A stretch of 59,667 bases of DNA, the filler included, from Perkinsus olseni (taxonomy: Eukaryota), in the NCBI GenBank assembly GCA_013115125.1. It is 7 parts of 7 records of this genome, joined end to end, with 100 filler letters (N's around TTAATTAATTAA, not from the genome) between each part and the next. Parts side by side here need not be neighbours in the genome. Positions count along the whole stretch, not along the records: positions 34,267 to 42,699 come from JABANN010000970.1; positions 42,800 to 51,204 come from JABANN010000972.1; positions 51,305 to 59,667 come from JABANN010000973.1; 4 more parts are not named here. One strand, written 5' to 3'. The notes under the pieces were generated by a model. The model had not been told where the DNA came from. It did not search any database and was given only the letters and a program-made list of their open reading frames with translations. Positions 39,465 through 51,649 of the stretch are shown here, in pieces. The position numbers and the translations under genes are program-made. Every line of letters begins with the position of its first letter. The stretch's first letter is position 1.

Positions 39465-39804
39465 GATCATCATGAACATTACTGTCATTAATGTCTCCTT
39501 CGAGATTCTGCTCGCAACACAAGGATAAGCTATGCATATGTGGTAAAAGGATCGAGGATGGTGAAGAGACTGTGGATTGCCGTCTTAAAGGTATTAATCA
39601 TTATCATCATCACCACTACTACCACCACTCAGACGATGGATGCGTATATGGTACGTTACCTAAGGGATGTATGGACATAAGGAGGGACCTTCACAAAGGC
39701 GATGATGATGATGACAGCAGCAGCAGCAGCAGGAGCAGCAGGAGGAGCAGCAAGGATGGTTTCTGCCCACACTGTGATACTAGTCATATTCTCACCAATA
39801 CTCA

Positions 39805-39844
<40 letters not shown>

Positions 39845-40015
39845 GTTATCTTTGTTGTTGTTGCTGTTGCTTGTATGATGATCGAAGTGTCGTTGTTGAT
39901 GGCAGGTGAATTCTGCATATCATCATCTGGTAAACTCCCTGGTGGTCCGTGCTGTCCCACTTGTATTTTCTGTGTCTATGCGTACCGTGATAGGTAATAA
40001 TCCTTCTCGCTGCTT

Positions 40016-40058
<43 letters not shown>

Positions 40059-40883
40059 CTGCTGCTTATTATTATAATCACCACCGTCCGCTATTAGACT
40101 CGTAGCCATCGTCATTTCAGGACTATATCATCCGACGAGGAATCGGGAGGGGAGGAGTTGGGATTGTACGATGCTGATGCGCATGCAGCCGTCTTACCCA
40201 AATATAGACCTGATAATGATAGGATGAATAGAGTTGCTGTTGTTGCCAAGAAGAGAAGGAGGAATCATAAGAAAGAAACAGAAGCAGAACGATCGTCGAT
40301 GGGATGTAACCCTACTCATGTATCATCAATTGATACTACAAAGAAGGCAATAATACCGGTAGGTGTCGTTATGATGATAGGTGCCTCACGACCATGCTCG
40401 ATCATGATGACCATCATGTTAGGATGATACAAGGATGGCCACTACAACACATGATGAGACATCAACCGATAATATCAAATCATCTCCAGTATATCATCAA
40501 CCCACCGCAGTTGTTACATCATCAGCATCAGTGCCTGCTGCTGCTGCTGCTGGCGGTGGTGGTGGTGTCACCCTTCCATTGGAGTCCTTAGTTCGTAAAT
40601 CTGCTGGTGAAGATTTGGTAATAATTGGGTTGTGGTAATGATACTGCTGTTGATACTTGTCTTGTATTAGGCTCCCTGGTTATTGATAGACGTATTGTCA
40701 AGGAATGGAGTGGAAAGTTTAACAGATTTGAAGATGTTCCTTTCATCATCTAGATGTGCATTCATGATACCCCAGCCCCTCAGAAATGTAAAACATCAAA
40801 GGAAGCAGCAGCCGCAGCCACCACCCATCACACTTGTCTCAGGAATTGCGATATGGATGCTCGACCGTTATCAACCTCTGTAA
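34311..40883 (+). CDS. Large multi-exon protein with IQ motifs, ankyrin-like repeats and several PHD-like Cys/His fingers; exon structure unresolved
   Basis: IQ: AASRIQSVYRSY and AAIIIQRWWRRY. Ankyrin-like: TPIQLAV and DGYTPLQLAMLRKNSKMIELL. PHD-like: CSICRK...LLKCEKCGRYAHTTC and CLICSKPGA...CGYPGCTVRYHPSCL. May be more than one gene. Confidence 0.6.
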
Positions 40884-41024
40884 TGATGAAGATGATTTAT
40901 AATATAATATTTGATGATAATATGGTAACAGTATTTTCCGTTGGGTAACATGTTGCATTATGGTTGTCAATTCTATTATAACCCAAATACTTTCTATAAT
41001 TGGAAATCATTATTAATATGAAGT

Positions 41025-41521
41025 TCACTCATCAACTGTAATAACGCCGGCTGCGTACGCGACACAACTATCATTTCTACCTGATTACACATGATTAAAC
41101 ACAAGACGACTTTGATGATCGTACTAGGTGCTGATGGTAGGATTGTTGACTGATTGTAATCGACAAACTTGATAATATGCTCTTCCCTAAAGACCCGATG
41201 ATAATTGTAGAAGGAGGAGCAGGCTGCTTACTTAACATTCCTGAGGATCTCTAATAGAACACTGATTGGGTGTCTCCCACATATTGTGTTACCCGTCATT
41301 TGTAGGTATCTTAAGATAATTATCATAATAATATTCAATACGTATATAGTTAACAAATACTCTAGCTGGAACTCATTGTACTATCACCTTTTGAAGCCTT
41401 CGAAATCTTGTTTTTCTATCAAAGCCATACCCTCACGATCCATCGCTTCAATCCCAGCGTTAACGGGATGTTCCTCAGACTAAGCAGAAGCACATCGGAT
41501 TAAGCATGAGGGGGACGATGG

Positions 41522-41554
<33 letters not shown>

Positions 41555-42600
41555 TTATTACATCGAATACCATAGTCTTGGGGAACTTAGTCTACAAAAG
41601 TGAACATCCTGTTGTTATTCTCAACATCGTATTACCTTGTCCCTCTGTAATTGAGTATATCTAAATCTAAGACCCCAATGGCAGAAGTCACTTGATATAA
41701 TAAAGAGCGTCCCTGTGGTAGTGATAATAAGAACAATACAACTAGTCTATTAACAATATTATTACTACCTGGATCTTTGAAATACTTGGCTAGTAATCTA
41801 CCAACAACTCTTTCCACATTAGGAGATAAAACACCAACGATAATCGGTACAATAGTTAAATTATCTCTAACGCCCTAGAATAGTAATAATGATCCTTGAT
41901 GGCTGACTTTGTTATTATATTACCAGTCGATGATGAAGTTGATGGAATATTAAAGGTAGTTGCATCTCGATGGAATGCTCATCCTCATCCTGAATACTAT
42001 CAACATCATGATCATAATCATCATGAGCATCATTAGTGGGTATTGTTATAATAATAATAATAACCACCTGTTCTTTGGTGAAGACTCTGCCGAATTCACT
42101 ATCACTGGCCTTAGACAAACCTCTCAACTCTCCTAAAACATCTTCATCCAACTTCAATGGACCAAATCTAACATATCATCATCATCACCACCATAGCGAC
42201 AACGATGGTGCTACTCCAGTATTACGGAGTATCATATTCCTTGATGTTTGGGTCTGGTAGAGCACAATTATCCAAGTATTGATGATGTGATGGTCCGAGT
42301 ATGAATACACGATTCACCTAACAACGGTACTGATCATAATAATAACAATGATAATGGTCAGAAAGACATAACACTGTTAGTAGTAGTCGTAGTAGTAGAT
42401 CAGCGTTAGTAGTAGTTGCACTCACATTGTTGGATATTGTAGAGTAAGCACTTGCAGCTACCGAACCACAATAACGATAACCTAGAATAGTAATAATACA
42501 ACCAACAACAGGAATTGTGGAATATTAATCAACTACTCCTACTACTACTACTACCAGCGTGGGGTGTTATGATAGCTTTAGTCTTTCTAGCAGCAGGAGA
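41025..42600 (-). CDS. MEMO1: MEMO1-family protein, multi-exon, 5' end truncated or unresolved
   Basis: Exon peptides: KAIITPHAG, YRYCGSVAASAY, RVFILGPSHHQY, FGPLKLDEDV, DEDEHSIEMQLP, TIVPIIVG, FIISSDFCHWGLRFRYT, IEAMDREGM, TGNTICGRHPISVLL, DSCVAYAAGVITVDE*. Confidence 0.92.
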
Positions 42601-42630
42601 TGTCGTCTGTTGCAGGAGACTTGTTGTTGG

Positions 42631-42698
<68 letters not shown>

Positions 42699-42699
42699 G

Positions 42700-42799
42700 N
42701 NNNNNNNNNNNNNNNNNNNNNNNNNNNNNNNNNNNNNNNNNNNTTAATTAATTAANNNNNNNNNNNNNNNNNNNNNNNNNNNNNNNNNNNNNNNNNNNN
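42700..42799. other. Artificial contig linker
   Basis: N44-TTAATTAATTAA-N44. Confidence 0.99.
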
Positions 42800-44612
42800 G
42801 AGGCACTCCAACGAACAACATTCACCAACCCACATGGTTGCCCTGCAGGGGATGGCCCGACTTACGCTACAACTATACCGACCTACGCTACGGTCTATAG
42901 AACGATTTTGTAGGGAAGAACGACCCTCCCGCCACACATTCTAGGTGCCACCGTAAATTATTTGTTGTGGTATAGCAGCTTCCAGCAAATGTCGCTTGTG
43001 ATACGCCTTGTGAGAGAAACAATTAAGGGCAAACCCCGATGTATTGCCAGAACATAAAAATGCCGGTCAAAAGCCTGGAAAGATAAAAAGCTCACTCATT
43101 GCTCAACGGACGAAAAACCCAACCTGTGCAATGATTGAGCAAACCTGCACGATCGTGTTTATCGCGACCAAAATGTCGAATTCCGCTAGAATAGAGCAAA
43201 GAAACTCAATTTGCCGCTCTCAACAAAATTATTTGCTGCAACGAATAATCGGTTGCCGGAATCTATTCCAGAACTTGCCCCATTGTAGAAACGGTTGCCG
43301 ATTTGTAGAATGAGAAGCAGCAAACGCACTTGGACAAGAAATTGTGAGATCAGGGAATTGAAGGAATCGGCAAATGAGCAAGAGCAGCAAGAAGTTGCGC
43401 TTGCCCAATTCAATTACAACGCTCTCGAGGGGAACAAGCTATGCACGCATGCACAAGACGATCGGCGCATGATGAGTAACAGCGACCATCTGAGGCCCGT
43501 TGCGTTGCAGCGTCAAACTCGAATGTGTATTGTCAAAGTGACATCGAGCACCTAAATTCGACAATGTCAATGTTGGGTGTTCGATGTTATTCTTGGATAG
43601 ATCCCATTGCGGATGATTTAAGAGTGGCGAACTTTCCGATAGGAAATGCCCTGGCTAAAAATTTATGGGAGAGGCGGATTCAAGCCATGCGACTGAAGTG
43701 AACCGGCGTGAACCAACAAGCCAAGAAAACGGATCAAAACTCAGCCAAGTGCTGCGCTGAGTAGCTCGACCTGATAAACAGCCAACTTGCTGCCAGCTGT
43801 TGATTTTTTGCCTGGCCGAAGACGGCCGAGAGCGAAAGAGAGAGTGGCGCGATCACAGCTTCCTAGCCAAAACTCGTCAACTCGACTCTTTCTGACCTGT
43901 CAATCAAACCTGGGGCCATAGGATTGCTATCCACCAATAGCTGGGGATTGCACGTCCAAAATCCAGGCAGTGAAACTACACGGGTGACGGAGAGTAGGCA
44001 AATTGCCCACCCTTCGATATCGTCATCATGCGACCAACTCAAGAGAGAACAACAGAATGCTCACCATTGTTCGCAAGTCCGTGCCCCGTCACCCGCGCGC
44101 GAGGGCTGTCTCTAGCCGAGGGAGTGGCTCAGCTTGAGAGTACTACGAATAGACACTACTATAGCTTCTTTCTAGGGGCTCTGTGTTCGGAATCCGAGCT
44201 ACGGATGCCTTTGCCGAGTAGGTCAACCGAGATAGTGCACGCGGATCTCGGCATATGGAGTTTACGCGCGTTGACCTCGCTATGAGCGCGGCGCGTGAAG
44301 TTCACGCGTTCACGCCGTGAACGCGCCGCCGACGCGTGACGCGCGTGCTACGACCTCCGTCGGTTTCCCGTTAGGAAGGCACATGATTAGCCGAGAGGCG
44401 AAGGACCTCTTAGTATGGGGTTGTTCAGCCGAACTTTCGTACATTTCTCGTGGTTTGAGAGTCAGGATTCACGTTCACACGCCGTGATTGCGGAGTGGGC
44501 TCATTCAACAGCTTCTGTCAAAATCCATCACCATTGATGGCGTGCTCACTTGGCGTGGGTACCTTGGAGGTCGCGTGGATTAGCTCGCTGTTGGTCTCGA
44601 GATTCCGGTATT

Positions 44613-45473
44613 ATGTCCGCATGCTTACGATGTCACCACCGGACCATCCTCGAGGAGTGTAATCTCCACTGCACCTCAGAGGGTCGTACCACAAACGACA
44701 CGCCAAAGCCCCTATCGTCACCCAGGAGTCTCCCGATCTGCGGTCTCTATATTGGAAAGGCTCTTCTTCAAATGATCCTGCTTATTCTCACTGCGAGCAT
44801 CTTCTGCGCCCTTTTCGATCTGGGGCTGATGGTTGCGAAAAACTTCATCATCGAGGCTTATATTTCAAGATGGAAGATGGAGATGCGAAGCTTCAGTATG
44901 GGTCCTCCACCGGCATGGTTGGATGATCCTCCAGAGGACTTCCTCCACCTACCCCCCGGCTCAGACGAGTATGCCAATTTCTCGCTATCACTGATGGTCC
45001 AAAATAATCCATACTGGTTGAAGGTCGAAGTCTTTTCTGTGAATATGATGGTTTTTGGTCACAACTTAGCCAGTTTTTATGCCGAGGGCGCTGCTATCAG
45101 CGAAGATGGAAAACTCTCCTTAGCTCAGAAGGTCCCCCTAGATAGTGTTTACGAGGGTGCATACCTTTGCCTGCGCTATTTATTCAGCACGGAGCAGCTA
45201 GTACCCTTGGAAATCTACTTCGAGGCCGAGTTCTCATTCTTCGGTCACAGAAGTAACACATTTGAGTTAGCAACGAAGGTTAATTTCGAGGCTTCGGCCG
45301 GAGGCAACTATCGTGATCATCACACGCTGAGCCCATGGGAAGAAGTGATGGCGCGAAATTGCTGGCAGGACTACCACTCAGAAAGAGCATCCATCTTGCG
45401 AGTACCGCATTTCGGCGAGGTGATAGCTTTCAGGGCGAACTATAGACCGGCCTCGCAATTCATCCTACTGTAA
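44613..45473 (+). CDS. Lineage-specific single-pass membrane protein, paralogue 1
   Basis: ATG conserved across three copies. Hydrophobic segment MILLILTASIFCALFDLGLMV is followed by a beta-rich region. High similarity to 48320-49216. Confidence 0.65.
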   Translation: MSACLRCHHRTILEECNLHCTSEGRTTNDTPKPLSSPRSLPICGLYIGKALLQMILLILTASIFCALFDLGLMVAKNFIIEAYISRWKMEMRSFSMGPPPAWLDDPPEDFLHLPPGSDEYANFSLSLMVQNNPYWLKVEVFSVNMMVFGHNLASFYAEGAAISEDGKLSLAQKVPLDSVYEGAYLCLRYLFSTEQLVPLEIYFEAEFSFFGHRSNTFELATKVNFEASAGGNYRDHHTLSPWEEVMARNCWQDYHSERASILRVPHFGEVIAFRANYRPASQFILL

Positions 45474-48319
45474 CCTTCGAGAAGCGACCGGATGGGTCCT
45501 CAGTCGGATAATTTGCGAAGGCATTCTCGCCATCATCAAAATACACCTCGCATGGACTTGCTGAAATTTTTTCATACATCATTGTTCTTCTGAATGGCAT
45601 TCTTCACTCACTCCCTTATCCTTTTCCTCCGAGGCCTCGCGCTCGGGAGTCCCGAGTCGGGAGAGGGTCGATGCTATTACTGATACTTTCTCATCATGGG
45701 CCGTGTTTTGTGTTTGTCTGTTCACCTCTGAGAGGTGAGGTGCTTATAGAGGTGACCTCTCGTGTGGTGGAGGTGGTACTGAGTCTTCCGAGGGTAGGGG
45801 CTCTCGAAAGAGAGACAGATGTCGAACCCATATGCTCTTTACCGCGAGGGTTGGGGCGTCCTCGTAACATCGTCGCGGTCCGACGTCGCCTGCGTCACGA
45901 TTCCTGCGGGAAAGTGCTGTTTCTCAATCGGGGATTGGTCTAGGTTTGGGGTATCCCGAGCGTCAACACAGCTACGCGGTCATCGCCTCCACGAGAGTCA
46001 GCGTGATAACCTATCATCAGTTCCCTTCGACTGATTCGTATTGAGCTTTATATAAACCTTGGAGTGTGAGGATGGCCATCATTGTATGATACCCTACACG
46101 AAACTTGTGTAGTGTAGAGTGGTGCAAACATTGGTCCGTGACGCGCTCGCCCAGGTGGCTAGTGACTCCTAGCTATACCTTAGCTCCGTACTGATATAGT
46201 CTGTAATCTGTCATCGCCTGTCCGTTGTAGTGACTAGCGGCGTCAACCATTGTACGTGTGTATCTGTTAGTTTGGTGAGCGTGCTGGCTCAATTTGCTCA
46301 ATGGCATCCTTCCCGTCTCGTCTGAAGGAGGCGGATATCCCCATCGCGCCCCTTTTGGATCACGCGAGGGTGGATGCGGCCTCCTGGAAGACCGCCTGCT
46401 CCGAACTCTCGGGTAAGGAGGATGGTATCTCTCTGGTGGCGCTATTACTGGTACTTTCTCATGACTGCCAGTTTTTGTGTTCGTGAGTTTATCCCTTGTG
46501 ATGCCAGTAGCCCAGAGTCCCCCTGCCAGGGAATGGAGCCCGAAACCTGGGAAACCAACTTCTAGCACGCCACATACCGCGAAGCAAGTCGTCACTCTGC
46601 CAGGAACTGCGTAACCCGATGGGTTATAATGCCTTTGCAACACTACGGCCGAATATTGGCGACATCTACGATTTGCAAGGCTGCCTAATCATTGATTAGT
46701 AATCAACAACAACAACAACAACCGCCACTACATCCACGCCTCCTACTACTGATAGGCTACCAGCAATGAGCTCACCGCTACTAGTGGTCCACTGATACCG
46801 CCGAGCCCTCAAGTACCACTAGCCCCATGAAAGGTAGCACTTCTAGTGCTGCACTAGTTCGTCTACTATACCCTCCTGTATCTCTACGTAGGCTAGAGAC
46901 TCTAGCACGACCATTGCACCCTGCACGCGGTAGAGGCCATCCTATATCCTAGTGGATATAACCTTCAAATGTCAGTGTCTCATTCTCCCTAGCTAGTGAG
47001 ACTCCAGAAGTCGTAGAAGTTTCCGTCCAAGAATTCTTAGCATACCGGACTCGCCCTTATTGAGAACTTACCGCTTGCCGCAGTGTCCAAAGCGCAATAC
47101 TTCTGCCCACGCTGTGCTCCTGGAATGCTGCAACTGGTGACCTTTCGAGTTGTCCTCGAGGTCATGTCCTCACTATTCGGTCACAGTAGTAACCTTTTCG
47201 AAGACCAACCTCACTTGCAATGCGTCGGAGCCTTCGACTCAAAGGATGGTAACTACGTGGGTTATCATAGCCCGAGCGCGCAGGGTGAACTGTAGCGCTC
47301 AGTTGTCGGGGGGCTTACCATACCGTGGTAACCACAGCAGACAAGTGCTCAAGGTAAGTTATCATTATGGTGTGGTCGTGCCTCCGAACTTCTGAGACGC
47401 TCAAAGACCGATTTACTCGACATACGGTTCACAAGTTTTGCGTTCGTTAGTTCGTCTTTTTTTGCGGCTTTAGTCCGCAATTTTTCCTATCCCCGGGGTC
47501 GAACAAGTATAGGCTCTCTCTTGGCCCAAGAGTTTTGTGAGTTTCACCATCTCTCCCGAAAGATACGAAGCAGCGCTCAACCGATAGATGACGAAGTTAC
47601 GTGTGAGCAGCAATTTCCGTACCTCCTCTGTGTCCCCGTGATCGCGTACCTACTCAGGAGCGAAGATCGTGGCGTTGGATTCTGAGCCTTATTCTCTGTG
47701 ACAGAACTGAACTCCGAGTCAGGCATCTTTAGTGATGCCTTTACTAAGTCGTATGCGAAGGAGTTTAGGCCTACGGTCGAAGATGCGTGGCACTCTCTCA
47801 CGGAGAGATCGAGGCATCACCGCGTCACTGTCGTGATTCGGCGTCACCCGTATTCCGCCATCGGCGCGCGAGGGCTGTCTCTGGCTGAGGGGCTGCCTCA
47901 GCTTAAGATTACCTCGCATAGACACCGCTATCCTTTCTTCTAGGGGCCCTGTGTATTGGGATGCCTCTGCCCAGTAGTGGCCACCCTGATAGTGCACGCG
48001 GAGCTCGGCATATGGAGGGCGTCCGCGTCTATTCTGCTGTGAGCACGGCGCAGGCACGCGCGTGCTAGGGCTACACTATTTTCCGTCCGGAAGGCACAGG
48101 GTGGGCCCAGAGGACAAGGGTTGTTTAGTTTAACTTTCGGATATTTTTCGCGGTTCGTTTCAAAGCCAGGTTTCGCGTTCATCCGCCAAAACTGCCGTGA
48201 GGGCCCATCTGACAGTTCCCTTTGTCAAAATCCATAACCATTGTTGGCCTGCTCGCTTGTCGTGGGTACATCGAAGGTCGCGTGGATTTGCCCACTGTTT
48301 GTCTCAAGATTCCTGTATT

Positions 48320-49216
48320 ATGTTTACATCCTTTCAATGTCACCACCGTACCATCCTCGAGGAGTGTAATGTCGACTGGGCTACAGGAGATCATACCCCA
48401 AAGGACACGCGAAAGACTCCATCATTATTCAGGAGCCTCCAGATTTCCGGTGCCTCTATTGGGAAGGCTTTCCTCTTAATGATGCTGCTCATTCTCACTG
48501 CGAGCATCTTCTATGCCTTCTTCAACCTGGGGCTGATGGTTGCGGAGGACTTCTTAATCGAGGCTTATATTTCAAGATGGAGGATGGAGATGCGAAGCTT
48601 CAGTATGGGCCCTCCACCGGCATGGTTGGATGATCCTCCAGATGACTTCCTCCGCCTGCCCCCCGGCTCGGACGAGTATGCCAATTTCTCGTTATCTCTG
48701 GTGGTTGAAAATAATCCACACTGGTTGATGGTCGAAGTCTTTTTCTTGCAAATAGGCGTTTTCGATGGAACGTTAGCCGTTTTTTTCACCGATGGCGCTG
48801 CTATCAGCGAAGATGGAACACTAAACCTCACCACGAAGACCCCCCTAGCCGATGTATGCGAGGGTGCGTACCTTTGCCTGCGCTACTTATCCAGCACGGA
48901 GCAGCTGGTAGCCTTTCATGTTGTCCTCGAGGCCGAGTTCTCACTCTTCGGTCGCAGAAGTAACGCAGTTGAGTTGTCATCGTGGGTGACATACAATGCT
49001 TCGGTGAGAGACAACTACGGCGATGACCACAAGCTGAGCCCTAGGGGCGAACTGATGACGCAGAATCACTGTGAGCCTTTCTACTCACAAGGAGCGTACA
49101 TTCTGCGAGGAACCCATCCGGGCGAGGTGATAGTGTCCGAAGAGAACCATAGCCCCAAGTTGGAATTCATCCAGCTGGACACGTTGAGCAGCGATCGTAA
49201 GACCTCAATGAGATAG
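48320..49216 (+). CDS. Lineage-specific single-pass membrane protein, paralogue 2
   Basis: Shares IEAYISRW.MEMRSFSMGPPPAWLDDPP.DFL.LPPGSDEYANFSLSL and EGAYLCLRYL.STEQLV with paralogue 1. Both frames are open. Confidence 0.65.
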   Translation: MFTSFQCHHRTILEECNVDWATGDHTPKDTRKTPSLFRSLQISGASIGKAFLLMMLLILTASIFYAFFNLGLMVAEDFLIEAYISRWRMEMRSFSMGPPPAWLDDPPDDFLRLPPGSDEYANFSLSLVVENNPHWLMVEVFFLQIGVFDGTLAVFFTDGAAISEDGTLNLTTKTPLADVCEGAYLCLRYLSSTEQLVAFHVVLEAEFSLFGRRSNAVELSSWVTYNASVRDNYGDDHKLSPRGELMTQNHCEPFYSQGAYILRGTHPGEVIVSEENHSPKLEFIQLDTLSSDRKTSMR

Positions 49217-50396
49217 TCCGTGAGAGAATGCTGGCCTCTAGGCAAGTATACTTGGCATGGGTCCACTAGAAGTCTTTCGTACTTTATCATTACTATGAAT
49301 GGCATTTTTCGCTCACTCCCTGATCCTTCTCCTCCGAGGCCACGCGCTCGGCAGAGAGTCGCCGGTATAGCAGGTACTTTTTCATATCTGACAGGTTTTG
49401 TGTCCATCAGTTCACCTCTCGGGTGGTGGCAGTATTGCTGAGCGTCCTAAGGTGGGGGCTCCTGACAGAGCGACAGGTTTCGGAGAACCTGTATCATCAG
49501 TCTTTCTCCAATCAGCTGCGTCGTTTTGCCAGTGAGGGCCATCGTCATTGCAGGCAAACAATGACTTTGGGATGACTACGTCTCATTTGCAGTACCCGCA
49601 ATCTGAAGAGTCTGTTCCGTGTCGCCGGCATGACTTTTGACCCAGAGCTCGAATGACACTGAAATTTTGTATTTAGGATCTCGTGAAACAAGTATATTGT
49701 TCAAATATCTCACGGACCAAAATTTGGTCACCAAATTCTCGACAATTTCTCGAAATTCTCGTGAAACTTTTTGGACAATTTTTTACTCTGAGGCACCACG
49801 TACCAGCTAATAGTTGATGTAGGTTTTAGTATAACCTCGGAGACTCCAAGGCATCAAGCGATATGAGGCACGCGTGGCTCTCGACGCACGGGAGCTTGAG
49901 GCATCACCGTGAGTCACGGTCCGTGACGCTCATGCGGTCCGAGTTGCCCCAGAGCACGATTCTTTGAGCATCGTTGCCACCTCGAACTCGCTTTTTTCTC
50001 GTTGTTGCCCATGTGGCTTAGTGCGTAAAGGTCGTGGCGACGAGAGTACGGACACGACAAATCTCGGGAGATCTGCTGGAATTGAGAACCTTGGTCATAT
50101 TTCAGTGTTCTAACACGAAAAGCGCAAGAAGGAGCCTGATGCTGAACTCATGATATTCTGTATTAACAAAAGCACCTCATCGGGTTGAGGCCTTGGAGTG
50201 ATTACGCACACTACCGGGATGGTGACTTCACCTTAGGGCGAGACCAACCGGAGATGTCCATCGTATGTTGTTGTCAACGGAATGCGGAGAACAGCACCTA
50301 CCTGTGTGCTTTCGCGTATTGACGAAGTAGAATTTCGATTCTGGCTTGGGAGTTCCACCACCCCTCTCGGATAGACGAAACACCTTCATTCTTCCT

Positions 50397-51080
50397 TCGT
50401 GACAGAACTGAACTCCAACAGCGGCATCACCACCGGAAGTCACAGTGGAAGACATGTCCTTATCCTTCCGGGAGCACCGCCGTGTCACCGTCGTGATTTG
50501 GCGTCACCCATGCCCCGTCACCCGCGCGCGATGGGGCTGGCGCAGGTTGAGAGTACTTTGGATAGACACCACCATTCTATCTTGTACGGAGGTCTGTGTG
50601 TTCGTGTAGCTCTGTCCAGTGATTCCACCCTGAAGGTGCATGCGTGGCTTGGCATGTGGGGGCTGCTGGCGTTGGACTTTGCTATGTACGCGGCACGAAC
50701 ACCGGACGTGCTGCGAGCTCTACCGTTCTTCCCGTCTGGGATGCCTCACGGCGCATGAGCACATAGTAAGTCGTGGCTTTTCAGCTAAACTTTCGGATAT
50801 TTTTCGGGGTTCGAAGTCAGGATGCATGTTTACACGCCGAAAGTGCCGCGTGGGGTTATCTGACAGCTTCTTCTGTCGTAATTCGTAACCATTGATGGCG
50901 AAGTCACTTGACGTGGTGGACGTACATCGAAGGTGGCGTTGAGTAGCTCACTGTTTGTCCTAAGGTTCCTGTATTATGTTCGCATCCTTACGATGTCCCC
51001 ACCGGCCTATCCACTGCACTACAGAGGCTCGAACCCAAAAGGAGACGACAAAGCACCTTTCATCACACAGTAGTCTCCCG
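50397..51080 (+). pseudogene. Third, partial copy of the membrane-protein repeat unit (upstream region and 5' end)
   Basis: Similar to ~47697-48430 and ~44090-44730, including the TTCCTGTATTATG start context. No extended ORF. Confidence 0.6.
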
Positions 51081-51204
51081 ATGTCCATAGTGTGTGGCCA
51101 GCCTGCGTTATTAGTGGCCTCACCATGAGCGGGGCGCGAGCTATAAGCCTGATCGATATGAACAGTAGTTGCGTCACGCTCGTTTTTGCTCATTGAATTT
51201 TACC

Positions 51205-51304
51205 NNNNNNNNNNNNNNNNNNNNNNNNNNNNNNNNNNNNNNNNNNNNTTAATTAATTAANNNNNNNNNNNNNNNNNNNNNNNNNNNNNNNNNNNNNNNN
51301 NNNN
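51205..51304. other. Artificial contig linker
   Basis: N44-TTAATTAATTAA-N44. Confidence 0.99.
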
Positions 51305-51649
51305 AAAAAGCCTGGGCTGAGGTTCGAACCCGAGACTTGTCCCGAGCTCCGCTTTTTTTCGTTACGAAGGCCTAGTGATGATTACTGACATCTATCGGAG
51401 TCGAGTTGACCTACTTTCCGTCCAGGCGCGGCCTCACAGTAGGGCGCGTTAGCAAGAGCTGCCTCCAAGACTTGCCCACAGTGCAAGCATGCATAATCAA
51501 ACCTGCATTCTTCACTCATCTCTCAGAACCCTAGCTCCTGGACTCACCTCTTCTCCCATTCAGTTGCGTAAGCCTCCAGTAAGGACTCCACCTCGACCGC
51601 GTACTCCCGCGTATCAGCGTGCGTGGACTGAGATTCCGACCGTTTCCGC

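Larger units (their letters stand above)
34267..42699. repeat. Contig saturated with trinucleotide microsatellites (CTA, GAT/CAT, GTT, CAG)
   Basis: Long tracts at about 35341-35413, 36408-36439, 37315-37362, 38893-38940, 40016-40057 and 42622-42699, plus many shorter ones. Confidence 0.95.

Noticed and set aside
35044-40591. Short ORFs with poly-I, poly-M, poly-Y and poly-H runs
   Set aside because: Translations of trinucleotide microsatellites, mostly intronic or out of frame.
43021-43410. A-rich segment with weak inverted ends (GGGCAA / TTGCCC)
   Set aside because: Terminal repeat too short to support a mobile-element call.
49640-49790. Possible MITE with CAGAG...CTCTG ends and TTCTCG repeats
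   Set aside because: The inverted match is only 5 bp and there is no target-site duplication.
8493-51304. Six regularly spaced TTAATTAATTAA motifs within N runs
   Set aside because: Artificial linkers between size-sorted contigs. Adjacency across them has no biological meaning.
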